A program made the position numbers and the translations under genes. A stretch of DNA of 38,752 nt, from NCBI RefSeq assembly GCF_006345805.1, contig NW_021835757.1, forward strand, positions 1 to 38,752, written 5' to 3'. Origin of the DNA: Octopus sinensis (taxonomy: Eukaryota). This document shows positions 36,524 through 38,752 of the stretch, in pieces; the first letter of the stretch is position 1; the number at the start of each line of letters is the position of its first letter. The notes under the pieces were generated by a model. The model did no database searches. It saw only the letters and a program-made list of their open reading frames with translations, and was not told the DNA's origin.

Positions 36524-36889
36524 TTGAAACAGTTGAAACATTCCTGTCACAACCTGGGACGTTGAAGACTGCTTAATGAGTCCCTTAATGTTTGATATTC
36601 AATATTTTATCTATTCAATAAGACAATCAATACTTCATTTCATTTTACTATATATAGTATTTATACTATATATTCTATATTCTACATTAATATTATAAAG
36701 AATATAAATAAACATAAAAAAACATATATTATTCTTTGAATAATATATATACCTCTAATACACAATCATACAAACCCCTAGTATATATGTTAATATATAT
36801 ATATATATATATATATACTATATATATATATAATATATATCTTAATATATATATATATATTATATATATATAATCGTATTATATAGAAG

Positions 36890-36940
36890 AGCTTCTACAG
36901 GACTAGAACTGTTTCATTCAAGAGAAATCATCAGGAAGCT
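36890..36940 (-). ncRNA. Type I hammerhead ribozyme candidate inside a (TA)n-embedded inverted-repeat element (about 36880-37045)
   Basis: Minus AGCUUC-CUGAUGA-UUUCUCUUGAAU-GAAACAG-UUCUAGUC-CUGUA-GAAGCU: intact core, stems I-III, GUA cleavage triplet. Confidence 0.65.
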
Positions 36941-37179
36941 AGTCCTGTAGAAGCTCCTTCTATATAATAAATTAATTTACTCTGCTATGTATTGAGTACC
37001 TTATTTACTACTGTGGTTAACCCCGAATCAACCCGGGACCTACATATATATCTATATATATATGGCCTGCTCGCTTAACCAGCGGGGTGGCGTCATTTGA
37101 AGGCTAAAACAATGCGAAGCGCATTGTGACCAGCGATGTGAAACAACATCTGATAGCCTGGTCGGTCACGGTGATCACG

Positions 37180-37231
<52 letters not shown>

Positions 37232-37418
37232 ATCTATATATATATATATAATATATATATATAATATATACATACACAAATGTGTACGCATGCATGTATG
37301 TAATATGTATATGTATATGTATGTATGTATCTATGTATGTACGTACGTATTCCATGGCTATCTGTCTGTATATCTGTATTTTTCCTGCTTTTCTGATCTC
37401 TGATTATATGTCTTTCAG

Positions 37419-37551
37419 CCATAACGTCCTCAAACAGAGCAGCGGTATTGACGTCCCGGGTAACTTTCAGTGGAAGCTAACAGTAAATCTAATTTTAGCC
37501 TGGTTCGTTGTGTTTGTCGTTCTCGTCAGAGGCATCAAGACCTTAGGCAAG
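37419..37551 (+). CDS. SLC6 transporter coding exon 5 (TM4); gene continues past the window end
   Basis: tttcag|C HNVLKQSSGIDVPGNFQWKLTVNLILAWFVVFVVLVRGIKTLGK |gtattt. Phase 2-0, consistent with exon 4. Confidence 0.92.
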
Positions 37552-37789
37552 GTATTTCATTTCTCATTCATCTCACATGTATAACGTGTGTGTTCAACAC
37601 AGTGCGCCCATGATTGTATCACCGTTCTACATTATGGGACGGGGAAGAGTAAGATGAAGAGATTTCGTTGCTATTTCTAGTAGTACTAATGGCCATGTAA
37701 ACGTCCCTCATCAATTTGCTGTTTATTAACTAATTAACGTGCTCGTGCCGTCAGAAATGACGGCATGAAAATTATACGGAAAATGAAAT

Positions 37790-38105
37790 TTTCTTCTTCT
37801 TCTTCTTCTTTTCTTTCTTCTTCTTCTTCTTCTTCTTCTTCTTCTTCTTCTTCTTTTCTTCTTCTCTTCTTCTTCTTCTTCTTATTCTCTTTTTTCGTAT
37901 TCTTCTTCTTCTTCTCTTTTCTCTTCTTCTTCTTCTTCTTCTCTTCTTCTTCTTCTTTTCTTCTTCTTCTTCTTTCCTCTTCTTCTTCTTCTTCTTCTTC
38001 TCTTCTTATTCTCTTTCTTCTTCGTCTTCAATTTCATCACCTCTAGTCTCTCTCCTCTCTCTCTCTTTCTCTCTCTCTCCCTCTCCCTCTCTTTCTCTCT
38101 CTCTC
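37790..38105. repeat. (TCT)n and (CT)n tracts
   Basis: Direct inspection. Confidence 0.9.
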
Positions 38106-38526
38106 AGACCTTCTCTCTTCTTTACTGCCTGCTCTTCCGTTTCACCTTGGCACCTTTGCGATGTTCTCTCCTTTTCAATTTCTCTCCTTTGTGCTGTTTG
38201 CTCTTCCGTTAAATCTTGGCGCCTTTGCGATGCTCTCATTCTTAGACCTTCTCTCCTCTCTGCTGCTTTGCTTTTCTGTTTCATCTTACCGCTTTTGTGC
38301 TGCTCTCTGTCTTTGGATATCTCTGTTTTGTGCAAAGAGGTTCTCCTTTTCATTTTGACGTCTTCGAACCTATCGTCTTACATCTTGTGCACTTCTCTCT
38401 TGTCTCATTTCTTGTGAACGATTTGATAATATATTTTTTAATCCTCTATTTTTTAAAAATCTTCTTGCGTCCAGTTGTGTTTTGTATTTTGTTTTTCGCT
38501 CTATCCATGCTTGCTTTAAGATTTGA

Positions 38527-38752
38527 CTAGCAGTATCGCCCGGCGTTGCTCGGGTTTGTAAGGGAAATAACTATATAAGCATTTTTAGAGATTTATAGCC
38601 AAAAAATAGCAAAAAAATGCATTACAGATGGAAAAAAAATTATGGTAAATTTTTTTTTAAATCGTTGACTCATCGTAGACATTTTTAGAGAGTTACTTCC
38701 CTTATATAATAGCGAAAAAAATGCATTAAAATGGAAAAAATGATGGTAATTT
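38527..38752 (-). mobile_element. Non-autonomous Helitron, second copy (cut by the window end)
   Basis: ctagcagtatcgcccggcgttgctcgggtttgtaagggaaataac identical to 28325 onward. Confidence 0.8.

Overview
Eukaryotic, AT-rich, repeat-dense genomic DNA. The SINE, microsatellite and intron style suggest a coleoid cephalopod, probably Octopus (inference). One host gene is visible: the first five coding exons (23181-37551, + strand) of an SLC6 Na+/Cl- dependent amino-acid transporter (glycine/proline-transporter-like), continuing beyond the window. Most ORFs in the track are microsatellite artefacts. The rest is nested mobile DNA: tRNA-derived SINEs, (TAA)n-associated R4/Dong-like LINE remnants and a ~550-nt non-coding partner element, a Gypsy-like remnant, RTE and CR1 fragments, Tc1/mariner relics, Helitrons, MITEs/foldbacks and several short hammerhead-ribozyme-bearing (Penelope-like) elements. 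Three observations stand out. (1) A near-perfect intronic inverted copy of transporter exon 4 with both splice sites, apparently made by template switching, is a candidate ADAR-editing or splicing duplex. (2) A 1.4-kb GC-rich, highly structured non-coding segment carries seven related hairpin/pseudoknot motifs and is fused to the (TAA)n-associated element. (3) Several distinct hammerhead-like families occur, some with non-canonical cores.
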